DNA of 64,000 nt from contig NC_087436.1 of the NCBI RefSeq assembly GCF_036321535.1, forward strand, positions 90,088,001 through 90,152,000, in the 5' to 3' direction. The DNA is from Camelus dromedarius (lineage: Eukaryota). Made by a program: the position numbers and the translations under genes. A model generated the notes under the pieces. It made no database searches, was not told where the DNA came from, and saw only the letters and a program-made list of their open reading frames with translations. This document shows, piece by piece, positions 53,580 to 64,000 of the stretch. Numbering within the stretch: position 1 is the stretch's first letter; the number at the start of each line of letters is the position of its first letter.

Positions 53580-53983
53580 TGTGTTAGTCAGCTGGGGCTG
53601 CCATAACACAATGACACAGACTAGGTGGCTTGAATAACAGAAATTCATTTTCTCACAGTTCTGGAGGCTGGAAGTTCAAGATCAAGGTGTTGGCAGGACT
53701 GGTTTCTTTCGAGGTCTCTCACTTCTTGGCCTATAGAGGGCTACCTTCTCACCATGTCCTCACATGGTCTCTCTTTTGTGTGTGGGCACCTCTAGTGTCT
53801 TTCAGTTTGTCCACATTTCCTCTTATAAGGACACTAGTCAGATTGAATTGGGACCCACCCTAACTTCTTCATTTCAACTTAATCATCTCTTTAAAAGTCC
53901 TTACATTCTGGGGTAATGAGGGTTTCAACATACAAATTGGTGGGAGGCTGGGGAGGCAGGGAGGACGCATTCAGAGCATGATA
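53580..53983 (-). mobile_element. MLT1A/B-type MaLR solo LTR
   Basis: ggctgccataaca...tctcacagttctggaggctggaagttcaagatcaaggtgttggcagg...tcttataaggacactagtcagattg. Confidence 0.9.
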
Positions 53984-54199
53984 CTATCTATCATAAGACC
54001 CAAAGTCCTGGGTAGGATTTTTGATCTATGTATGGATTTATTATTATTATTATTATTTTGGCTTGTGTCAGATTTTGTCACATTCTTAAACGTTTTCGGA
54101 CAATTCAGACCAAAGTGTATATAAGTTATAACTACATGCTATATCCAATAAAGGGTATATTCTTCTCCATTTTTTTCAAATTAAGCATAGAAAATGATT

Positions 54200-54761
54200 C
54201 CTATTTGTATTGCTATATAACAGACTACCTGAGAAAACACCGGCTTAAAAATATACATTACTACTTCTTATTGTTCTGTGAGTTGCCTGGACCTACCTGG
54301 CTAGTTCTCATTCAGGGTTCACACGTGGTTTTAGTCAGAAACCACAAGCTTCTGCTGGAGTCATCTGAATGTACAATTGGCCCATGAGTCCGGATGGCTC
54401 TTTACTCACATGCCTGGCACTTAAGCAGGAATGTGTGGAAAAGCTGGAGACTGGCTGGCATCTTTTTCTTTCCATACTGCCTCTTCACATGACTAGTTTG
54501 GGCTTCCTCACAGAATGACAGTTCAGAACAGCCAAACTTCATAGAAACCCACCAGCTTTACCCAATAAACTTTCCAAGACACCCAGGCAGAAACTAGGAC
54601 TTCTTATGCCTTTGCCTCAGAAGTCAGTTTCACTGTATTTCATCTGTTACGCAGGGCCAACCCAAATACAACCCCGGTGCCGGGGTGGGGAGGGGCACGC
54701 AGCAGTGTGACTATCAGAGGCGTGGTCCACTGGGGGGCCATTCTGGATACTAACTACAGCA
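54200..54761 (-). mobile_element. MLT1G/H-type MaLR solo LTR
   Basis: gctggagtcatctgaa, actcacatgcctggca, gggcttcctcacag, gcctcagaagtca, tggggggccatt. Confidence 0.75.
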
Positions 54762-56189
54762 ATCCTTCTATAATGGAATTAGCAATAATGCTGCAATTAG
54801 AAGGAGGGAAGGCGACATTTTCTCCTGATTATTTCCTGAAAAGTATATCAGTAAGCACAGAATTCACAAGGACAGAAATAGGTTTTACCTAGTCATTAAA
54901 GTTAAACTGAGTAGGAAAGTCTTTTAAATCTTCTTTGTATGCTGATAACAACAATATCCTATATAATCATTTGCACTCTGAATGCACAACTAAAGCATTC
55001 CCTTGTAGGTGTTCCAAATAGGAAATAATCAATGGCCACGAGTGTGTTGCTCATGTGGCCATTTCCACCAATATGAAAAGACAATAAACAACACATACCA
55101 TCAGCAAGGAGCCTAAGAAAGCTTTCCAAGACACCCAGACAGAAACTGCATTAGATTTTGAAATGAATTGTTTTATCATGTCCTCAATGCAGCCTTTTGG
55201 ATGATTAGTCTCCTTTTACTGATGAGGAAACATGAACAAATGGAGAACTTTTTTCTGGTTAACATAGTTGGTAAACGTCAGAGCTGGGACTTAATCTGTA
55301 TTTCATTGACTCTATATTTTTAACTATGTACCAATTCTAGGAATCTTTAAGGTAAATCTACAACATGCTTTCTAATCAATCTACTATTTTGGAATTATCC
55401 AGATCAGTAGTATAATATTATAGGCGTAAGAGGACCTGACAGTCATACCAACAGACCGTCACCTGCCTTGCCAGTTATTGTTCAAGGGAACAGGATCCTT
55501 GTAGTGGCAGTGACTTTACTGAGACATAGAGGCAAGAGCTGGCAATTCTCCGAAGCAGGCTAAAGTGAAATGCTACCTCTTTTCTCTATAAACAATGGAG
55601 GTGTATCATCATTTGAAGAGTAGACAGGACAGTATCTCTGTAATTGTCTTTATAGCATCACAACATCACATTTTCTTTTGCCATTAGTGTTGCTGACATC
55701 CTTTTAGTTACTGTGATATTAGTGATCAGAATTCTGTTTATACATTAACTTAGTGTTTACTGATCACGGTGAACCCTATTAAAGGTAAAAGTATTAAATA
55801 AAGAGTTAATTACCAAAGCCATGCAATACTAGGAATACTTTTTAAATTATATATATGAAGTAGCCAAATCCAAAATTGGGTAAAAAAAATTAGAAATTAC
55901 CTCAAATATAATTTAAAACCGAAAAAAAGTCATCTAAATATTTTTCACATGTTAAAGCATAAAATCCTAGGCTAAGTTTATATTGTTGATTTAATGTTAT
56001 ATTTTTACAGGATGATAGTGTCAAATGTTTTAAAAAGAGATATTTGATTAAACTCCTATATTTTTGAAAAAAAAAACTACTTGAGTAGACAATCTGTTCA
56101 TACAGATAATACCTGAAAGCATAAAATAAATTCAGTTTTTAATGGGATGCTAACTCAGGGCATATATGAATTACTTAGTGTGGTCTATT

Positions 56190-57105
56190 TAGAGGAAATA
56201 GTATTAAAAACAAAATTTCCTCCTAACCCGGAAAACCTCTCAACAAAGGTAGAAGAGAAAGCAAACAGTTTTGTTACTGAATAAGCATTAAACCAGAGTG
56301 GGCTGTGCATCACAGGCACTCTTCTGAGTGACTGTGAAGACAGAAAGAAATCACACCCTTTTACATAGCCCAGCAGAATCGCCCATTACATACATGCTCT
56401 CAGTTTCAAGAATGACTAGTCCTCAAGTAAGAGGACTTGAAAGAACATACTTGGATTACCTCATTCTGTTGATTCTTATTTTGTAGTTGGCTTTATTCCT
56501 TTGATAACTATATAAGTTTAAAAAGCTAAAGATCTAATCTGTTTTTAGAAACAATAATTAGTACATATATGTAAACTAAAAAATGTGCAGTATACTGTAT
56601 GTATGTATTCACCTGCAATATAATGTGTATGTGCAAAAAAAAAAATAAAATAAAATAAAGGAAGAACTATTTGTCACACTTAGTTCATCCTAAATCCACT
56701 TGGCAATTGAGGTTACCATCTATTTTAGCTAATTGATTTTATTGAGAGGAAAATAAACTTATATTTTTCTGACAGGAGGTAATTTTGGAGGAGGCATTGG
56801 CTGCAGTTAAGCTTCTACTACCCTCCCCTCAAACTGGTGGATAAGGATACCATCTTCCTTGATGATTACTTTCAAAGGGATGTTTCCCAGGTCCTGGAGA
56901 AACACATTCCTGGAGCTTAACGTTGGCAAGAGGCTTATTTAGCTTTTAAAAATATTTGCATACATTTCAAAGAGACAAAGAAATAACATATAAGTTTTCT
57001 AAAGTAAACATACTATGGAAAGAGTGGGGAAGGGGGAGGAGTCTATTTCTATATTTTATCAGGGAGAATTAAACTACCTAGTTTTAATTTTTCTTTGCCT
57101 TTACA
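56190..57105 (-). mobile_element. ERV1-class solo LTR, copy 2, with an internal ~215-bp insertion
   Basis: Colinear with 34477-35170; ends ...tttgcctttaca (TG start on the minus strand). Confidence 0.78.
56447..56661 (+). pseudogene. Orphan poly(A)-tailed retro-insertion (possible mRNA 3'-end fragment)
   Basis: Absent from the sister LTR; AATATA at 56617-56622, A-rich tail 56635-56659, flanking aagaac duplication. Confidence 0.6.
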
Positions 57106-58049
57106 TCTACTATCCATAACTGCTTCTGATGCTGAAAACAGTGAATCAATGTATGAAAGAAGACCCACATAGTGATTCTATGGGAATCAGGAATACCAGA
57201 AGCTATCCATATTCTTAAAGGAACATATTTGATGTTTTAGATTTTATAATTAGGAAGTGATATTAGTTTCACATTTGAAAGATATAAGTAGTAAAGTCCT
57301 TGCAATTTATTTAAATTATATTTTAATTAATACACAAAACAATAGTCTATTTATTTTCAAATGGTTATCATTTTCAGTCTGTCTAATCCTTGATCTTTCA
57401 AGATACTAATATTCATTTTATCCTGTGTCAAAATAAAGCACTAGTAAAAATGATGCCCTCTCAAGTTATGTTGTTATTCATAACTTCCTTTCTTTTATAG
57501 GATAGCTATAATTGCAACTTATTAATTGAGAGTTGACTAATTCTCATTGCATAACATAGAAAAAAAGACATTCCTTTTAAAAAATAATATTGATTCTTCA
57601 TGAGTCCATAAGTACCCCATGAAAACCAGGAATTTTAGGAGGGCTTTTTTTAAAGTAAATATTTTAATGACTACATGAGATTTCTCGCAAAGCTAAAGTA
57701 ATGTAAAAGAAAAACCAATAAAACTGCATTAAGCTTGAATATTGAGAGTTTGGGGAGATCCCCTCCATTAGTGAAGGAATTTAACTCTATGTACATGTTT
57801 TTCAGGCAAAGGTAGGAATCCCATGATCACGTGGCAAAATGACAGCACATCTGAAATCTGGGGTGATAACAGAGTAACTGTGTAGCTGCCTTACAGTCCA
57901 TCATCAAGAATGCCTCTCTGTGGAAGTGGACATTTATGGTGAGACTATTGTTGGAAGAGTCAGGGTGAAGATCGCTACCCTGATTTTTTCAGACTGATGA
58001 TGGGAAATGTTTGCTACATTCTCAAACCTAAAAGGAATTAAAAAATGCT

Positions 58050-58500
58050 TGCACTGGGTTGAATAGGGTCCTCTCAAAATTCATGTCCACCTGGAAACTT
58101 CGGAAGGTGCCCTTAGGTGGAAATAGAGCCTTCAGTAGTTAGTTAACATGAAGTCATACTGGATTAGAGTGGGTCCTAATCCACTGACTGGTGTCCTCAG
58201 AGACCAAGAAAAAACAGAGACCAAGAAAAAACAGAGACCAAGAGGCAGGGGGAGAATGCCGTGAGAAGCGAATGGAGTGATATGTCTAAAAGCCAGGGAA
58301 CAGCAGGATTGCTAACAACCCCCTGAAGCTAAGGAAGAGGCATGGAATGGATTCTCCCTCAGTTCCTCCAGAAGGAACCAACCGTCTTGACACCTTGAGT
58401 TCAGACTTCTGAACTTGAAACCGTGAGAGAATAAATTTCTGCTGTTTTAAACAGCTCAGTTTGTTATAATTTGCTACAACAGCCCTAGATAACTAATATA
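58050..58500 (+). mobile_element. MLT1C-type MaLR solo LTR with an internal 17-bp tandem repeat
   Basis: gggttgaatagggtcc...gtcatactggattagagtgggtcctaatcca...gattctccctcag...gagaataaatttctg...aactaata; cagagaccaagaaaaaa x2.7 at 58198-58243. Confidence 0.9.
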
Positions 58501-58510
58501 ATGTGTTATC

Positions 58511-58712
58511 CAGAGGTTGGCAAACTTCTTCTGTGAAATGCCAGATAATAAATATTTTAGGATTTATGGGTCACGTAGGATCACTATTACACATGATTCT
58601 TTGTTTTATTTTTATAATCCTTTCAGTGTAAAAACCATTCTTAGCTCTGTACACCTTACACAAACAAGCCCTGGGCCAGATCTGACTCAGGGACCACAAT
58701 TTGCCTCTTCTG
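58511..58712. mobile_element. MER58-type hAT element
   Basis: cagaggttggcaaacttcttctgtgaaatgccagataataaatattttagg...aaaaccattcttagctc...gggccagat. Confidence 0.8.
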
Positions 58713-60976
58713 CCTTGTCCTCTCCATGGCTCTAGGAGGAGAGATTGCATGGTCGAATACAAGGACATAATCAAGTCTGTCTTAGGAGGTGGAGTAGAGG
58801 AGGGTAAATTCAAACAAGCAGGGAAAACTCCTTTACTTACTGCACATTCTGTTGGATTTTTTTTATTCCCTCACATTTATATCACACATTAAAGCAAAAC
58901 CTGGTTCGGAGTTAAAGCTTAAGAAGTAGGTGCTGTTGTTATTTTGATGTCTGTATCTATCAGCATGAGGCATAAAGCACTATGAGTACTGGCTCATAAT
59001 GAAAGAAGCTTGAACTATTAGAATGGTCAGAGGAGAGCCATATTTGGATCATTTTTATTATTATCTCTTTGTTTTGCTTTGTTACATGTTGTACATATTT
59101 GTTCACTGCTTTATCGGACCATTTAACCGTGAATATAAAGTCCTGTTACACCTTGAAGAAAACAGCAATGGCCCTAGTCGACATTAGGATTAACAGAGAT
59201 GACTGGTTTCCTACCTTCAGAGAAACTCAAGAAACCTCCCTTCACTTCTTGAAGAGGATGGAAGCCAGGACTCATATAAGCCATCTTTCCACTAAGTGGT
59301 GCTTTATCAGGAATAGGATAAATATATTAATTTGGGGCCAACTCTCCCTTTTGAGAGTTTGTCTTCAGTAGTCTTCACTTTCTTTTAACCCTTCTCGCCT
59401 AACTGTCAAGGTTATACACTGTGGGCAAAAGGAAGAGGTCTGCCAAGAAAAAACTTCTTTTGGCTCTTGTATTTTGCATAATGCACCGTGACCAATAAAT
59501 CTGTCTTGAATACCAAACAGTGGGATTTTTGTTCACAGCATCCCCTCTGGGTATCTCTCTCTAGATCTCATGGCTTTCTTTTCCATTCATTATGTTTGGC
59601 TAGCTTCTCAAATTGGAATGATTAACAGAAAAGATTAAATCAGCTCTCATAAGTTAAAAAAACAAACTTTTTTGAAGTTAAGAGATTTAAATTCAGAATT
59701 TTCTTCTTATCACTTCATCCTTTCTTCCTTCTTTGCTTCACTGGTTGCTTACTAGTTGGAGGATTACAAGAATTGAGTCAGAGAAACTGAATTTCCTGTA
59801 GGAGTTACAGAAAAAGAAAGTTTACCCAGTAGCAGTGATAAATGCTTGAACCAAACCAAGTTTCCAAGATTCTTTTGAGATTTCCTTCATTTCCACTAAA
59901 TTTAATGTACTCTGCAATGCCACTAAATATAGACAATATAACCACAGTTTAAAACAGTTATAAATTGATAAATACAATCTATTTTAAAGTTTCTTTCAAA
60001 GCCTTACATTCATTTATTTCAAAGCTCTCCATTTAGAAACATTTCTAATACTAGTTAAAATGGAACAAATTAACCAAAGGAAGATTTTTTTTCTCTAGTT
60101 TTAATTAATGTATTTGTTTACATTCTACCTTGTTCCAAAACAGACTTAAGAAAGCTCTGCAGATGACTTACTCCCTTTGCAGTGAAATGCATGAATATAC
60201 AATATTGTTATCTAGCCTTGAGTACAAAGCTAATGTATAAAATTGAATACAAAAATTGAAACAAGATCTTAAAATAGCTATTTAGATATGCTGCATTTAT
60301 CTAATTAATTGTTAGGGGGAAATACTCTTGAGTCAAAAATGAAGAAAAAACCCTAATCCAATATTTTGTCTCTTGGTAGATTTTTCTCAAATATATTCTG
60401 GACAGGAATGTCTGGCTCTTAGATTTCTCAAGAGGAGATGGATTTCATAACATCCCTAAATAATTCATTCTAATACTTAAAAACCGACTGTCAGAAAATA
60501 CTGGTTAAGCAAATTTGAAATCCATTCTTTTGCTTTTTCAGTTCAGTTCAGACTTAACTATGTAGAGGCAAAACAAAAGGACTGTACTGTTCATATAAAA
60601 ATACTTGTAATGTGCGTATATGCTGCACAAGAATACAGTTCCATCAACTCCAGATTCCCTGTGGGACACTGTGATGAATGAGGCCTCAGATAATATCTCT
60701 ATATAGGGAAGAGGGTTTGTCAGAGCCAGGGACATAATTCCAAAGTCAGTATGAATATATTAAACATTGCTTCAAAACAGTAAGGAAAAATAAATGTGAC
60801 CAGTGTTATTCTTAAATTCTCTTGTCATATTCATATATAACAATCACATTTCTGCAATTCTACAATGCTGCCAGTTTTTTGATCTATACAATCGTTTTTA
60901 GCTTAAATATATGCATTTCTTTTGTTTTCTTTATTACTTTGGATTTATTTCTGTAGGCACTCCATCACTCCATCTG

Positions 60977-61005
60977 TATATATATATATATACTTTTGAC
61001 AGGGG

Positions 61006-61059
<54 letters not shown>

Positions 61060-61094
61060 CACACACAGACACACACACACACACATATATATAT
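60977..61094. repeat. Compound microsatellite (TA)n / (AT)~21 / (CA)n / (TA)n
   Basis: Directly visible. Confidence 0.97.
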
Positions 61095-62747
61095 AAAACA
61101 TTTGCTCGAGCACACACAAATACATGCAGAACTTTTGTCTGCTAAGAAGGACTTGTTTTTGAGAAGTTTTCAAAAATCAGAGACCTCTTTAAGACAATAT
61201 GCAATTTAGAGGTTGATTATTTAGTACACAGCCTGAAGAATATGAGAATTTGGAGATGATGAGATAAATGAGCACAATTTTGCTTTATTTTTTAATCCAG
61301 GTTGGCTGATTCAAAAAGTTAAACCTGAGAGGAGTCCTTTTTCCTCCATGTTTTGGAAACCAAAAACGTAATGGCAGAGAAAAAACAAAACAAAACAAAA
61401 CAAAACAAATGAAGGACTTGAAATAAAACAAATCTGGGATTAAAATATGACATTGACACTTAGCTGTATGACTTTGCACAGGTCAGCCAAACATTTTATT
61501 TCTTGAACTATAAAATCGGAATTGTGTTCTCTCATATGGTTTTTAATTTAATTTAATCTTAGTTTTTAATTTAACTCAAAGATTGGAGGTGAATATCAAA
61601 CATTATGTCTCTCCTATAGAAGTCACTCAATACATAATAGCTACTAAAATTTGTTATTATAATTTTAAGTAAGTCAGAAATAAACAAACTTTACCAACTC
61701 ACAATAATCTAAACCTTAACTCCTGAATAAAAGTATCTCTTTTCATCATGCACAAAATTAGTGCCCACTTTGTAAACACACATGAAATACGTAAGTTCCA
61801 TGTCAGACAGATATGATAGTGGTGCTTTTGTGATTTATCGTCAGCAATGAAAGGAATAATAGAAAAAGTCAGGCAGAATCAATACATTCAGAGTTCTGTG
61901 ACAGCAATCACTTCTTGTTCTGAGCACTTTTGACAAGGGTATTTTATATCCTAAGTAACAGTATCTTTTAAAATTGCTTCTAGATTTCTGTAAGGTGAAC
62001 TGTATATGTAGAAATACCTGGAACTTTTTTCCAAGGGGGGAAAAAAAAAGCAACTGTAAATCTGAAGAGATGTTTGATCTTCTGTGCTTCTCACTTCTGG
62101 TCAGGGACTTCAAGGGAAGAATGGTGGTTAAGGGACTGAAATGCTTGGCTGAATTCTGCCTTTATGTTACTTGGGTTTAATTAAATGAAGCCGATGAATC
62201 ATGCAATAAGGAAATGGCATTATGCTGTCAATGATTTAAAGCCAGAAATCCTTGTGTATGAAAAGGATAAAATGTCCCATAGTAGATACTGAGCTCTAAA
62301 TTCTGCTTACCAATGTAGTGAACTTACACAGAGTGATACATATCTTCCTGCATTTTTACATACTGAAGACATAGGTGTGCTAGATTCGTCCTAAGTCACC
62401 ATTGGTCCTAAGGAGTCATGATTATTTTCCAGATTTGATGCATGCACATTTTAAGGCAGGGTTTCTCTCAGACTTTAAGGTTACAGACTATAAAGCAAAA
62501 CTTATTTTTATGCCTCAGTGATTTCAATTATATAGAAGCAGCCTTCTATGAGGGGCCATTCCTTTCCAGCTGTTGTATCAGACAAGAATATGTACTAAAG
62601 TATCAACAGGATTCCTGTTCTCTGCCTGGGTCGGGTAGCAGAATGATGGAGAGCAAAACAGTAAAAGATGAAGCAGAACAAAAAAATGGATGCCCCCTAT
62701 TGACCACCTCTGGAACTTCTGATCTGTACTTTCTACAATCAGAATGC

Positions 62748-63040
62748 ATCTATGTACAAAACAGAAACAGACTCACAGACATAGAAAACACATTTATGGT
62801 TACCAGGGAGGAAAGGGATAGATTAAGAGTATGGGATTAACAGATACAAACTACTATACATAAAATAGATAAGCAACAAGGACCTACTCTACAGCACAGG
62901 GAACTATATTCAGTATCTTATCTTGTAATAAACTATAATGGAAAGTAATCTGAAAACATATATATAACTGCACCGCTTTGCTGTATGTCTAAAACCAACA
63001 CAATATTGTAAATATACTATACTTCAATTTTTAAAAAGAA
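62748..63040 (+). mobile_element. Cetartiodactyl-type L1 3' end
   Basis: acaaaacagaaacagactcacagacatagaaaac...gggattaacagatacaaactactatacataaaatagataagcaacaaggacctact...acagggaactatattc. Confidence 0.9.
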
Positions 63041-64000
63041 ACCCTGTTTTGGCAGCTGACAAGTGATCTCTAAACATTGTCAACACCCAGCCACCCTAGC
63101 CTCTGGAGAGAGTAAGGGTATAAGTACATATCAGGGTCAGCTTTTAGAAGCCAGAAAAGTTCAGATGCCTGGTTTCTATGTTTCCAAGTGTCTAGAAAGT
63201 TACTCTCCAACAAGAGTCGGCAAACATGACTTGTAGGCCATATCTGGCCCACCATCTGTCTTTTTAATAGTTTTATTTTTTGAATTTGCAGATAATTTGG
63301 AAAACCACCAAATAATCACATCTCTCCTGTCCCAGTCATTTTTTTTTTAAATCTTAACCAATCCATGTTTCTACCTATTTTATTATAGATAACAGCAGAC
63401 ACTCAGGCTGTGCTCTATTCACATAAATACAGAGTACAAAGCGTAGTAAACATAAAGAACACTGCTTGATTTATTTTCCCTGGGTTTGTGTGATTTGTGT
63501 CAAAAATCAAAGCCAAATTCTTATAAAACTATCATAAAATGTGGTCCAGTTCTCTTAAATAATTGTATTTTACAGTTGGTATTTCCATTTGACCTCTGGG
63601 CCAAGCCAGGAGTGATTCACAGGTCACTACAAATAAAACTCTAAAAAATAAGGGAAAGATTAAATAAAAACCTCATCCATCTTCTTCAGTCTAGAAATCA
63701 ATGTGGTATGTATTTGTCCTGAGGTAAACCTAGAATGTAACAAATTTCTTACTTGCAATCATGGCACACACTTAAAAGTCTACAGAAGTTTAAGTAGATT
63801 TCCAGAAAGATCCCTTCCTAGAAGGCATTTTTGATACATATGTGCTAGCCCAGGTTTCATGGATTCCTCTCAGCCTTCTAGCTCACTTATAGTTCACCCG
63901 CTGTTCCAGTAACCGGGCTTTTAGTGCCTTGTTTTCATGAAAGCAAGAAGCTCAGCAACAGAGTATCTTGCGATCATCTGCAGATCTGTTATGAACATGA

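Noticed and set aside
14600..64000. Many 60-136 aa ORFs in the downstream region
   Set aside because: Low-complexity or repeat-derived, with no domain similarity or coherent exon chain; consistent with intergenic DNA.

Overview
AT-rich mammalian genomic DNA, most likely from a camelid (a camelid-type tRNA-derived SINE and a camelid-type L1 3' end are present). The first ~14.6 kb hold the 3' end of GABRG1 (GABA-A receptor gamma-1 subunit, + strand): a penultimate coding exon (520-731), an 8,187-bp intron, the last coding exon (8919-9188) and a probable ~5.4-kb 3' UTR ending near 14,550. The remaining ~49 kb shows no convincing gene and is filled with old interspersed repeats (MIR, L2, L1, MLT1/ERVL/ERV1 solo LTRs, Tigger and hAT DNA transposons). 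The most interesting signal is in the last GABRG1 intron, the paralogous position of the 24-nt gamma-2L microexon of GABRG2. It contains two in-frame candidate microexons: 6381-6404 (DLYLRNYK, 24 nt) and 7120-7152 (ARGVMNLFVFK, resembling gamma-2L LLRMFSFK but with a GC donor), with UGC motifs and YCAY clusters nearby. These are hypotheses from sequence only. Other observations: a young L1 insertion bringing poly(A) signals into the 3' UTR, an orphan poly(A)-tailed retro-insertion inside an LTR, and several local templated duplications. Repeat family names are from remembered consensus sequences and their boundaries are approximate.
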